The notes under the pieces were generated by a model that worked only from the letters and a program-made list of their open reading frames with translations, did no database searches and was not told the origin of the DNA. Positions 24,560-37,500 of a stretch of 64,000 bases of DNA are shown piece by piece. Each line of letters starts with the position of its first letter. The first letter of the stretch is position 1. This DNA comes from Mytilus californianus (lineage: Eukaryota), in contig NW_026262679.1 in assembly GCF_021869535.1 (NCBI RefSeq), positions 90,396,001 to 90,460,000 of the forward strand, written 5' to 3'. Position numbers and translations under genes: made by a program.

Positions 24560-27517
24560 AATGGCGTGACAAATTGTTCGTAAAATAGACCGTGGCATAA
24601 AATTAACAAAGATTTATACAAATAGGTCTTATCCGATCAACTTGATAAGTGCGACTTTACAATAAATGACTGGTATAGAGATTGATAAGGCAGTCATCAA
24701 CATCAACACTGCAGTAACTGGGGCTTTAACAGCTATTGTGCCACCTCAGAAAGGAAAACAAACGTAAACCAAAACTGAAATTTATGACCCACAATATATA
24801 TTTGGAAATAAAGGCAAAGAAAAACGCTTTCAGCGAATGGAAGATCAACGCCGGGCAGACCAGAAATTCCGTCAAATCCTCTACTTTTAGATAAAAAGAA
24901 AACAACTTATGACCTTAGAAAACTATGCAGAGCCGAAAATGCGAAACTTCGGATAACAGAGAGACAAAAACTCATTGATGTAAGAACAATGGATAGTAAA
25001 CTTTTCTATCAGCTCATAAAAAAACAAAGAGGGAAATTAAATCGATTTATTGATGAACTTCAAGTATAGGTGAATCCAGTCTGAAAGGTGACAACAATAT
25101 CAGTCTAGAAGGTTGGAAGACCCATTTTGCCAACTTAGCAAAAGAATCAGATCCTATGAACTTTGATCAAGACTATTTCGATTTGGTTGACTCAGAATAT
25201 CTTCAAATTATTCAAATATGTTTAGATGTCTATAAGCATGAAGAAATAACTACAGATGAGTTCGAAAAAGCCCTACATATATTAAATAGAAACAAGTCAG
25301 CTGACATTTTTGGTATTACCGCAGAATGTTTTCTATTCGGAGGGTGTAAACTTGACAGTACATTACTTAAAGTCATCAACGCAACATTTCAGCACTGTTA
25401 TGTTTCGAACAAATTGAAAACTGGTACTCTTATTCCAATCTTTAAAAATGATAAAGGAGACATTTCGAATTCAAAAAATTATAGAGGCATTACCATTACT
25501 TCTTCATTAACAAAAATAATAGAAACTATACTTAAATTAAGGATAAATCCCAACATATTGGAAGATCAAAACCCTCTTCAGCGTGGTTTTACTGAAAACA
25601 CTGCTCCACTTATAGCATCTCTGATTACGGAGGAATTCAAAAGAGAAAGTAAGGATTTAAAAAAAACAAAAATATACGGAATGCTAGACGCAAAATCTGC
25701 TTTCGATGTAGTTCGACATAAAAACCTAATCAGAAAACTATATCATTTAGGTATTTCAGAACAACGCATTTTAATGATTGATAACCTGTACAGACAAGGA
25801 GGAACGTTAAGTGCTGATTTGTACAAAGTTTATGTAAACCAACTTTTGAACAATCTCGTAGAATCTAAACTTGGTGGAAAGATCGGTTCCATAAGTTGCT
25901 TTGCCCCCACCTGTGCAGACGACATTTAGCAATAGTGGGAAATAACCCGGCCATTTGACGTGCAAGTCCTAATAAATATGGCATATGACTCAGTGACAGC
26001 CAACGTGAAGGATATCTGCTCCAACCAGAAAAAAGTGTTATTTTACCAATTAAAGCCAACAACAAAATTCAGCTGGAAGTACTATAGAAGAAAATCTTAA
26101 GAAAGCCAGAAGATCATTGTTTAGTCTGATGCATACAGGATTACATGGAGAAAATGGTCTAGACCCAGTGTCCGCAATAAGTATGCTACAAACATTTATA
26201 TTTCCAATTATGTTTTATGGATTAGAAATTTTACTGCCTACTGGAAAAAATCTAGAACTACTATCAAAACAGTATAAAAGAATAATCAAGCAGATCCTCT
26301 CTTTACCCGTCAATGTAGCTGACCCAGCAATTTACGTAATATCTGGTTTACTACCCGCTGAAGCAGTCATACACAAAAAGGCACTTATCTTATTTGGAAG
26401 TATATGCAGAGCTGGATGCACCTCCACCGAATGGAAAATTGCAGAAAGACAATTAGGAATTAAAAGCACTAAAAGTAACAGTTGGTTTATTGGTATTAAA
26501 GCCGTATTCTTGAAATATAAAATTGGTGATCCGTACATGTACCTTTTCGATACAACTATATCCAAAATGCAATGGAAAAAATTAGTGAAACAGAAAGTCA
26601 GTAACTATTGGTCAAACCGGATTAAACAAGAAACTGCAATGTTTACATCTTTAAAATACATTGGAGTAATATATACAAATGTCCCCCAATAGCAAGAACC
26701 TTGTCAGTCAATATAAGGGACATCTCTAGAATATCAGTCCGACTAAAAATCTTAAATGGAACATACATTTTACAGGCGAAAAGAGTTGTGTTCAACAAAA
26801 CTACCCCAGATGGTAACTGCTTGATGTGCAAAGAGAATGAAGAAACTATGAATCACTTCCTGTTGATATGTGAAGAACTAGAATGCATACGAAAACCACT
26901 CATGTTAGAAATAATAAGCATTTGTAGAATGCTGTTTGCAAGACATATAGTAGACGACACATTTGATATTGCAACAATTATAGTTAACCCATATTTTTAC
27001 TGCATACAGCTGAATTCCTAAGCTCTCATATCAGACATTGATACCAAGTTAGAACCATTATGTAGAAGCTTGTGTTATAAGCTACATGCGAGAATATACA
27101 AACTACTAGACATCACAAAGAAGCCAAGAACTGTTAAATAACATTCCTTGATATGGACTGATCGCATCTTGGTACTGTCCAGTTTCCCTTAAATTATACT
27201 TATCAGCTTATAAATACATTATTTTTTAAAAGTATATAAATTATCTTAACTATTTCAAAATCCCTGCGATTCGGATTTTTTTAAAGTAGATAATAGACAT
27301 TCTGCTTAACAGACATTTAGATTTTATAGCAGATAAAAACATTTTAGTTTAAACAAACCTTGACAATTTGTCTTACTGGTGGAGGATTGGTGATAGAACT
27401 GTAAATAGTTTTACTGTGTAGGACCGTCTTAATATACTGGTGGATAGTTGCCTTTTACTCGGATTGTGGAGGTGTGCCTAGATTGGCAGAAGATAGTAAA
27501 TACAGATACAGATACAT
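24560..27517 (+). mobile_element. Decayed non-LTR retrotransposon (RT pseudogene with internal deletions)
   Basis: Fragments 25156-25929 (NYRGITI, QRGF, LDAKSAFD, RQGG, TCADD), 26117-26692 and 26701-27021 (C-x2-C-x8-H-x4-C). Deletion between IDNLY and RQGG, several stops and frameshifts, and a (GATACA)n tail. Confidence 0.88.
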
Positions 27518-27987
27518 CGAGTCCTCAGCATCAAAAACAATAGCCAAAAACTATATACGCTCAATGATCACATACCCCAACAAGTTCAGATCAATACATA
27601 TTTAGAAGTGCATTTACATTGTGTTAATTGTAAATGATTTTCAGAGCATAAAAGCACGTCACACGTTTTTACAGATAGATAATTTTAAAATACACCTAAG
27701 ACTATACTTGCGCATTTTTTTCTTCTGAAACTAAATTATGATACAAGACCAAGTCCAAGATTTTTTCTAAACCGTTGGTTTGTAAATTTGAGATCTGAGC
27801 ATATATTTTTAGTTAACTGCTTGAGTGGTCATATGCATGAATATGATCTAAATAATTGTACATCTCACTGCAACTATATTATGTACTCTCAGTCAAGTTA
27901 TACTTGAATATCTGGAGGGTTTTCAGCATCGAAGGTACCATATATACATGTCAAATTTTCATTTTTCACTTTTTCTAATAATTAAAA

Positions 27988-29534
27988 ACTAGAGGCTCTC
28001 AAGAGCCTGTGTAGCTCACCTGTATTTACTGATACTTTGGAAATCATGTAAAATAAGGTTAAAATCATAATTAATAGTATTAGATATTAGATATTATAAT
28101 GATATCTAAGATAATAACAAAAAACTGCAAAATTTCTGTAAAATTACTAACTCAGGGGCAGCAACCCAACAACGGGTTGTCAGATTCGTCTGAAAATTTT
28201 AGGGCAGATAAATATAAATCTGATGAACATTTTTGCCACGTGTCAGTTTTGCTCTAAATGCTTTAGTTTCAGAGATATAAACAAAAAACTGCATTTTAAC
28301 CCTATGTTCTATTTTTAGCCATGGCGGCCATCTTGGTTGGTTGGCGGGGTCATCGGACACATTTTTTTAAAACTATGTACCCTAATAATGATTATGGCCA
28401 AGTGTTATTAAATTTGTCTCAGTAGTTTCAGAGAAGAAGATTTTTGTAAAAGATTACAAAAATTTACGAAAAATTGTTAAAAATTGACTATAAAGGGCAA
28501 TAACTTCTAAAGGGGTCGACTGACAATTTTGGTCATGACAACTTATTTGAAGATCTTACTTTGCTGAACATTATTGCTGTTTACAGTTTATCTCTATCTA
28601 TAATAATATTCAAGATAATAACCAAAAACGGCAAAATTTCCTTAAAATTACCAATTCAGGGGCAGCAACCCAACAACAGGTTGTCAGATTTGTCTGAAAA
28701 TTTGAGGGCAGATAGATCTTGACCTGATAATCAGTTTTATCCTGTCAGATTTACTCTAAATGCTTTGGTTTCAGAGATATAAGCCAAAATCTACATTTTC
28801 CCCCTATGTTCTATTTTTAGCCATGGTGGCCATCTTGGTTGGTTGGCGGGGTCATCGGACACATTTTTTTAAAACTATGTACCCTAATAATGATTATGGC
28901 CAAGTATTATTAAATTTGTCTCAGTAGTTTCAGAGAAGAAGATTTTTGTAAAAGATTGCAAAAATTTACGAAAAATTGTTAAAAATTGACTATAAAGGGC
29001 AATAACTCCTAAAGGGGTCGACTGACAATTTTGGTCATGACAACTTATTTGTAGATCATACTTTGCTAAACATTATTGCTGTTTACAGTTTATCTCTATC
29101 TATAATAATATTCAAGATAATAACCAAAAACTGCAAAATTTCCTTAAAATTACCAATTCAGGGGCAGCAACCCAACAACAGGTTGTCAGATTTGTCTGAA
29201 AATTTCAGGGCAGATAGATCTTGACCTGATAATCAGTTTTACCCTATGTCAGATTTACTCTAAATGCTTTGGTTTCAGAGATATAAGCCAAAATCTACAT
29301 TTTTCCCTATGTTCTATTTTTAGCCATGGCGGCCATCTTGGTTGGAAGGTGGGGTCATCGGACACATTTTTTAAACTAGATACCCCAATGATGATTGTGG
29401 CCAAGTTTGGTTAAATTTGGCCCAGTGGTTTCAGAGGAGAAGATTTTTGTAAAAAGCTAACGACGACGGACGACGGACGACGGACGCCAAGTGATGAGAA
29501 AAGCTCACTTGGCCCTTCGGGCCAGGTGAGCTAA
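27988..29534 (-). mobile_element. HINE family 1 with about 2.7 copies of the 500-bp unit
   Basis: Reverse complement of 200-1215: ACTAG-AGGCTC-TC-AAGAGCCT...GCTCACCTG at the left, (GAC)n and CAGGTGAGCTAAAA at the right. GCCATGG(C/T)GGCCATCTTGG recurs at about 28319, 28820 and 29324. Confidence 0.85.
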
Positions 29535-30611
29535 AAACCGTTGATTTTACGTTACACTTTGTGTCTGAATATTCCAAAAAATCGGCCGATTTTGACCGGG
29601 GATAAATTTGTTATCTAGTTCATATCCGTAGATTTTGACACCCTTCAGTTCTCTACATATTTAAACTTCGCCTCTGGGTGTACTGGAGTACTTCAGGATG
29701 TTAAAATCTCCATATTTTCGGATATGAACGTAGATAACAAATAATGGCCCGAAATTGGGGCGAACATCTGGTTTTTGATGTTATCTTTTAAATCATTTGT
29801 CCAACATTCAACAAACTTAGTTGGAGAATGCCTCGTGGAATGAAAAAAAACCTTTTGATAGACTAGTCAGTAGGTAAAAGGTCAAGGTCACAATACATAT
29901 AAATACACAGCCATAATTCAGAAATTTCCTCATTATTGCTGGATATAGCAGGTTGGGGTGAAAAAAGACAATTTATTTTACTTCAAAGGGTAAAGGTCAA
30001 GGTACAGCAGCAATTAATAGACATGATTTTTTTTTGTTTACCACCATTTGACATAACAGAACATAGTATTAAAATAAATTAGTTGTAAGATATTTCTGCT
30101 GTAGATTATTGATATGGACTCCAAACAAATCCATCTGCTTGTGATTCTTCATGATATCAAGGCAAATTCTCTTTTTTTTTAACTCAGTTTATTTCACTTT
30201 AGTCACGTGTGGTTATTAGGAATGTTTTTTTAAGCATTGAATGAAAGACAATTTGAGAATTGTATATCATATTTCTTTTTTGTTTATTGTTGTATGCAGA
30301 AATCAGGTTGTTAGGTTTTGCTTACCAAAATAATAGGCAAAAACTTGAAAATCAATAAAAAATTGTCATTTAAGGGCAAAAACTCATATAACTAGTCATC
30401 CAACGGATTTAGTAATATTGGCTTTATTGTAGATCTTGTTCAACCTTGATCTTTTAAACAGTTCCTACCTATCTATTATATAATAGGCAAAATATTGGTT
30501 ATATCAACTTCATTGCAACTTAAGTGGATAGTTGTCTCATTGGCAACCGCACCACAGTCTTATTTTTATTATTATATAAAACTAGAAAATTAATCAAAAC
30601 TTATCCTTTAA

Positions 30612-31303
30612 AGGGCATTAGCTACAAGATATAAAAAAAAATAAAATATGATTTTTTTTTGTTCGATCATTAATGAAAATAAAATAGTGAAATAACAATT
30701 TGCTTTTAACAGCCAGTTTGGTTCAGTTTTGTCAAATTAAGCAAAGAAAGATCGCTAATGAATTATTCACTTGCAAGTGAATAATTCGACCTCATTGAAT
30801 CCCTATTCATGTGAACTTTAATTGATCCTTATAGCTAGAGATGGGTTGCACATAAACTTGGCGTGTTCAGTTATTAAATGGAAAAGAAGGTAAACATTGC
30901 AAGTGAAACAAGGGTAAACCATATGGTTGACTTATTCGATCTAGAAAATCTCATTCTTATACAGGTAAAAAGGATTATTTACATATTTTTTTAACATATA
31001 CTATGAAATAAAGCAGACCTAGAAAAATCCAATTGCACGAGTTCGCAATCTATTTTATATCTATGTTTATGTTTATATCGGGTTATATGACCGTCAGCAG
31101 TCTTCAGAGGTCATCTCGATGGTTAATTAGATGGCGTCTAGACTAAAATACACACGTAATGCTGAACATACTATCGAGTCTTCTGCATCGTTAATTGTTT
31201 ATTTTAGACTTTTGATTATTTGGATATGCGTTTTAGTATGTAATAATCGAATATAAGAATTTTAGTCAAATCGGTGAACATGAATTTGACAGCTAATGCC
31301 CCT
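30612..31303. mobile_element. Non-autonomous TIR element with TTAA TSD (Kolobok-like)
   Basis: TTAA|AGGGCATTAGCT ... AGCTAATGCCCCT|TTAA. Confidence 0.7.
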
Positions 31304-33654
31304 TTAAGAGCAACAACTACAAAACTTACGAATGGTTTTGGTTCTTATTATCATTTTTATACTGTATTGCAGTTTTGCTGTTTACACAGTTTTACATATC
31401 TATTACTTTTTTTTTTAGGTAAATGGCAAAAACTCCAAAATTAGTAGGAATTGTAATATTACAGGTCAGTAACTACTATAAATTGTCATTCATTTAATTC
31501 GGTCATAATGGCATTTTTGTAGATCTAGTATAGCTGATTATTTTTGCTGTTTAAGTTTCTACTTATCCGTTATAGTTTTCAAGATAATAAGCAAAAACTC
31601 ATTAATTAGTCAAAAACTATTATTGAAGGGCAAAAACTCATATAAAGAGTTATCTGGTAAGTATTGGTGGAAATAGAAAAGAGGTAGAAATTGACATTAT
31701 GAGCATTTTTGCCCTACTAGATTTTCTCTAAAATGCCCCGTCATATTTATCTATCTATTATAGTTTTCTTGACACTAGTATTAGACAATAAATGCAGTTT
31801 ACCCTTATGTTCTTTTTTAAGCCATTGTGGTTAATTGGCATGAAAAAAAAACCCACACATACTTTATACTAGATACCCTAAGGATCATTCAATTAAATAT
31901 TGGTTGAAATGGGTCCACTGGTTTCAGAGAAGATTTTTGTATAAGTTTATGATGACAACAGACCCTTTGGGCCAGGTAGGCTAAATAGACTAATTGTTTG
32001 TTTGACATCTTTTAAGCCATAAAACAAATCTTTACTATTCTTTTGTGGATAATGTGCATTGGAAAGAAAAAGACCCTCTTGATTTTTAGGTCAAAGGTCA
32101 AGGTCACAACATCAATTAATAGACTGAAATTGGGGCAAGTCATTTTTGTTTTCCACCATATGACATAAATTGTCAGCAGACTTTACAGTCAACTTAACAC
32201 AAACATCTGTTACTTCTACTACAAATCCATAAAGATTGCAATTGGTGTATGCACCCATGGTTCTTTTGTGATTTTCTTATTCTTCATAGTTATATAAAGT
32301 AACCTTCACAATGAACAAATGTACTACACCAGAAAAGAAAGGAATAAAAACACTGAAATATATATTTGTTCTTTATTATTCTGTTTGTAACTTGTAAAAT
32401 GCATGAACATATATATGTACAACATTGGCAAAATACATCCGGTAAGTTTTGAATGGTGCCGTTCCTAAAATTTCTACATTAGGCTTTATCACTGTTTAAA
32501 ACTATTTTTTGCTGCATGGTAACTAATGTAATGAAAACAATACAAGATACTTGTTTGACTCAGAGGTATTTGCTTTATTACTTTATAATTATAAATGTTG
32601 ACAGTATGCATTTAAGAACTAATAAATTACAAAAAGCATGCATTTCAAGAAAAAATAAAAGTATTTGTAATATTGCTACCAATATAAAATAAAGTTGCTT
32701 ATCAATAGAGCCTGGAGATATTTTACCAAAATTGAAAAAGGGTCATATTTGTACCAAAATATTATTTTTTGAGAAAATGTGAATGTTTTTTTAAAACAAG
32801 GCTTTTGAAAAATAAAAAGAGCAAAATATACACAAAATTGTTGGGTAAGTTCTTAAAGAGATTGTTGCTGAATATTTTGAAACTATTTACCACATTCACT
32901 TGAGTTGTCTACCTTGAATTGTGACATTTATAAATTATAAGCCTGGTATCTTTGATGAGTTTTTATAATCCATCAATATATTCTCAAGATTGCCTTCCTT
33001 TAAAAAACTAGTCATTAGTGTTTTCTTTATAAGTATTATCAATGGTGGGGATCAGCCAATGTTTTTAATGGAAGTGTTGCCTAGAAACTTCACATTCAAT
33101 TTATTGACATATTTTTAGAAGTCAAGACTTTTTTGTCAGTTGCAAGGTAAGATAAAAGAAAAATAACATAGCAGAACATAGTATTAGAAATAAATTAGTT
33201 GTAAGATATTTCTGCTGTAGATTATTGATAAGGACTCCAAACAAATCCATCTGCTTGTGATTCTTCATGATATCAAGGCAATTTCTCTTTTTTTTTTTAA
33301 CTCAGTTTATTTCACTTTAGTCACGTGTGGTTATTAGGAATGTTTTTTTAAGTATTGAATGAAAGACAATTTGAGAACTGTATATCTTATTTGTTTTTTG
33401 TTTATTGTTGTGTGCAGAAATCAGGTTGTTAGTTTTTTGGTTCAAATTGTTTTATGTTTGTCATTTCGGGGCCTTTCATAGTTTGGGTTTTGCTCATTGT
33501 TGAAGGCCCTAAGATGACCTATAGTTGCTAACTCCTACTTCGTTTGATCTCTGGTGGATAGATGTCTAATTGGCAATCATACCACATCATATCTTTTTTT
33601 ATATCAAGTATTGGTTTTAAAATATTGAACAAAAATATGACAATTGTGTCCATA

Positions 33655-34050
33655 GGACATCATGCCCCACTAGCAGTATCACAATTTCTTATTCATTGAA
33701 CCTCGCAACCTTATTCAAAAACCATAATTTGGCATATATTTAAATAATAAAATTGAATCACAATGAACATGTGTACATGTACTTTGCTTTAAGTAGATGT
33801 GACCACAGCTTCATGGTAAACTTCATTAAACAAAAACCTTTCAGCTGATATGGGAGGGATAGACTCTTTTACTTTCTTCAACTAATATCTGTAGTACACA
33901 TGTATTTAAAAATAAAAGAAGAATGTGTCTGAGGACAGGAATGCCCCTGCTCATGCTGCAAACAAACGAAAATAGGACAGATGGACAGACGGAAAGATGG
34001 ACGTTCAAGGGCAACACTTAATGCCCCGTCGCCTACGGCATGGGCATACA
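33655..34050 (-). mobile_element. Degraded HINE family 2 copy
   Basis: (GGAC/AGAC)n microsatellite followed by AAGGGCAACACTTAATGCCCC...GGGCATA, the reverse complement of the 58043 start. A minimal internally deleted copy also lies at about 21628-21700. Confidence 0.55.
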
Positions 34051-34526
34051 AATACTGATATCTCATAAAACTATCACATTTGCACGTTTAAAAGCATTCA
34101 AGTTACTTAAACAACACATGCTGCATGATGATTTCCTCATGCTATGCCTGCAGATTCTCTGATGATGGATGTATGTATTATAACATGGTTATTGTCATAT
34201 GAACTAAAACTATATTGACACAACCTATGAGGAAGGAATATCTGATCCAAATTAGACCTTATAATAGCCAAATCACCTTTATAAATAATACAATGTTGTG
34301 CATGACTGCATAAAAAGCCATAAAACCACACATTCATAGGAATTAAATTGCTTCTGGAGGATAACAACAAAATTTCCCCTCATGTATCTTCTGTAAAAGT
34401 TACAGCAGAAAGAATAGATATTTCTCCACCATTTAGCTATTGCCATTCTTTGTTGTTTCTGAACAAGCTACGAATATCTTAAAATGCCAACAACAACCCA
34501 TAAGTTACATTTTGCATTGACAAATG

Positions 34527-37500
34527 TTAATATTTGTTGTCTCGTATATGCAGATTAGGATGGGAATAATAGTTATGTCTTGACGTCCGTGAATAATTAT
34601 TATCTTTCTCATATGAACGATCATCATGAGGAGGATAACTCCTGCTAGGCTTTAATGTCCGATGGTATGGCTTTGATTCCTCTCTTCTATTGTGATAATG
34701 TGAATCATTATAAGATCTTTCTCTGCCATAATTGTTTCTCCTGTCATAACTACTTGATCTTTCCTCGCCATAATTGTTTCTCCTGTCATAACTACTTGAT
34801 CTTTCCCCGCCATAATTATTTCTTCTGTCATAACTGCTTGATCTTTCTCCATCATAATTATTCCTTCTGTCAAAACTATGATATCCCCTTTGATGACTTT
34901 CATCAAATGCATGAGATGAATTATTCAGTTGCAGAGTCTGAAAATCATTTTGATATTGTTTTTCTTCTTCCACTTCCATAGTACTTGATGAAGCCTTGTC
35001 GTGTTTTTTGTGTCTCAGCCAGGGTTTATATCGGTCACTGTTTTTTTTATTGTTGTTCTTTTTCTCCTCTTTAAGAACTGGTGGATGATCACCTATCACA
35101 TAATCAGGGTTACTACAAAAAAAAAACAATCAAGTTATATAGCTTTAAATAAAGTTAAGAATAAAAGCTAGTGACTGCAAATCTGTAATACTGTAAACCA
35201 ACCACTTTCGCAACTTTCATGAGTAGAAAAATAACACAAAGGAGTAGGTTCGGTAAGAGCCCTTTTTGGCCCCAAAATATAGCATTTTTACAAATTTATA
35301 GAAATGTAAACCTTCAACTGTCTATTGGAAAGTAGAATACTTTTGTTCCATAAATATGGGCTGTTTTTGACTATACAATGCACATGCATCAGGTACTAGC
35401 ATCATAAATTCATGCAAAACTACTGAAATCTTCACACTTTCAGCATTTGTGCTAATTTTAAGACATTTTTGTCTAAATTAAAGTGGCCGCATTTGTGTTC
35501 AGTCTTAATATTTAAATATATGTTGTATTTGATGACAATACATAACATATATAAAGGTTGAGACTGAACACGAATGCGGCCACTTACATTTTTGACAAAA
35601 ACCATCTGAAAAGTGAAGTTTTAAGGCATATTTGATAGATTTTTCATATTTAAGCTTGAATTAAGGCGTCATTAATGGCCAAATCAGTTCAAATATTTTA
35701 CATAAACTAATTAAATCGACTGAAGTAGACACTTGAGTGTTTAAAAAATGTCAAAAATCTTTCATCAGATGTAGTTCGAATTTTAGGCCAAAACTAGCCC
35801 TTACGGGACCTTCTCCTTTAAATTGTCCAGAATATGTGAAATTTGGGTCTTCCTTTTTTATATATATCAAGAAAATGGGAAGATCGCGAAAAATAAGTTG
35901 CAGCAAAGTTGGCTAGAAAGAACTTATTTTGAAATAAAGTATGCATGAAAATGAGTTGGTTTACAGAATTTTTATGCATGACATTACAAAGAAAGAGACC
36001 AAGTTTACTTTGCAGCCTTTTTCACTACCGTAATGGGCCTCATGAAGTCCGCAACCAATTTTTTGCCAAGGGAATTCAGAAAAAAAAGCTTTTTGTCATT
36101 TGTTGAAAACTTTGTGAAACTCTAGTAATTTCAAATCTTGTGTGAATGTTCACAAATGTTCATAGAAAACCCTGTTTTCCCTAATTAAGTAGAAGTTGAA
36201 ACTGCTTGTAAAATCATGAGTGTAAAAATAAGCAAAAATCACAAAAAAAAACAATTGGAAAAGTTGTGTTCAACATTAACCAGAAATAAGAATATACATG
36301 TTAATTTCCAGCAAATATGACTAAATAATTTCTGAATTTTTTTAAAGTTTGAAAGTAAAATGTTTTGTCTTTTAGTAAAATTGTGTTTAAAAACATATTC
36401 ATCACATTAATGTTTAAAGGACGTTTAACTAAATCAATACACATACAGCAGTATGAAACAACAAAATGGAAAGAATAACTGATTATGTTTTTTAGTTTAT
36501 ACAGCGTTATGCATAAGCCGATTCCCGGCTGACTTCCACCCTTTTTTCTTGCTTATAGTACTCTATAATCCTCACCCCTGCCTGGCAGTTTTAATTTTGG
36601 AGTAAAATAATGCGGACAATACAAGACTGAATTCAGTAATAGGAAATTGTTTCGAGTTGTTTTTATTATACTGTCAGGTTTTGGTCAAATTTTGTTTCAT
36701 TTAATACATTGTATTGCATTGTTGTTTTGGATATTTTGTTTTTACCATTCATCTTAACTTACAAATGAAGTTTATTGGACAAGCACAGGGATAGTACAAA
36801 AAGGTCAAATACAGGCACTAGATTCTTAAAATGTTGCAAAAATTAAAAGAACTACCATAAAAAAGTTATTCTAATATGAATTTAGGAAGTATACATTTAA
36901 ACAAACAAATGGAATACCATAAAACATGTGCCATTGTGTAGTTTCTACGAAGTTGAGTTTCATGAAAATCATGAATTTAATTGTTTCTTTAACACTTTTT
37001 TTCCATAATAGGTACATTGATGTGCATTGTTTTTGAAATTTTTGCTTGATTTTTGGTCCAATAATGTTTCATTTAGTTAACTTGTGGTATATTTTTGATT
37101 AGTTTGTGATTTCTCTACCAATCCTGTAAGTTAACTGTGCATGCACAAAATGTTTTTACTCATAAAGGATCAACTTTTTTTTGGTTCAAAAATTAAAGTG
37201 AAAATAAGAGAAAAGATTTGATTTGGAATATAAATTTAGGAAGTTAAATGTTTTACCAAAAATGCCACATATCATTCTGTTGTTTCAGAAGAGTTTGGGC
37301 TCATAAAAACTAGTCTATAATTTAAGTAACATATACTGGTGGTCTTTTCAAAAGTATTAAATGACTTTTTCATGGAGTTGTATACATCTGTATGATAGCT
37401 GTTTTATGGTTTAAATTTTAAAGACAAAGATTAAACTACTGTATAATAATGATATTTCATTATTAATCTGTAGTTTTGTGATTCTGTTGACAATTGTAAA

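Noticed and set aside
200-29534. Mirror layout HINE-LINE ... LINE-HINE suggesting one large inverted duplication
   Set aside because: The two LINEs are far more diverged than the two HINEs, and the immediate flanks are not homologous.
34652-34981. Alternative-frame ORFs 34652-34912 (-) and 34655-34981 (+)
   Set aside because: These are shadows of the 42-bp coding repeat in the DUSP11 last exon.
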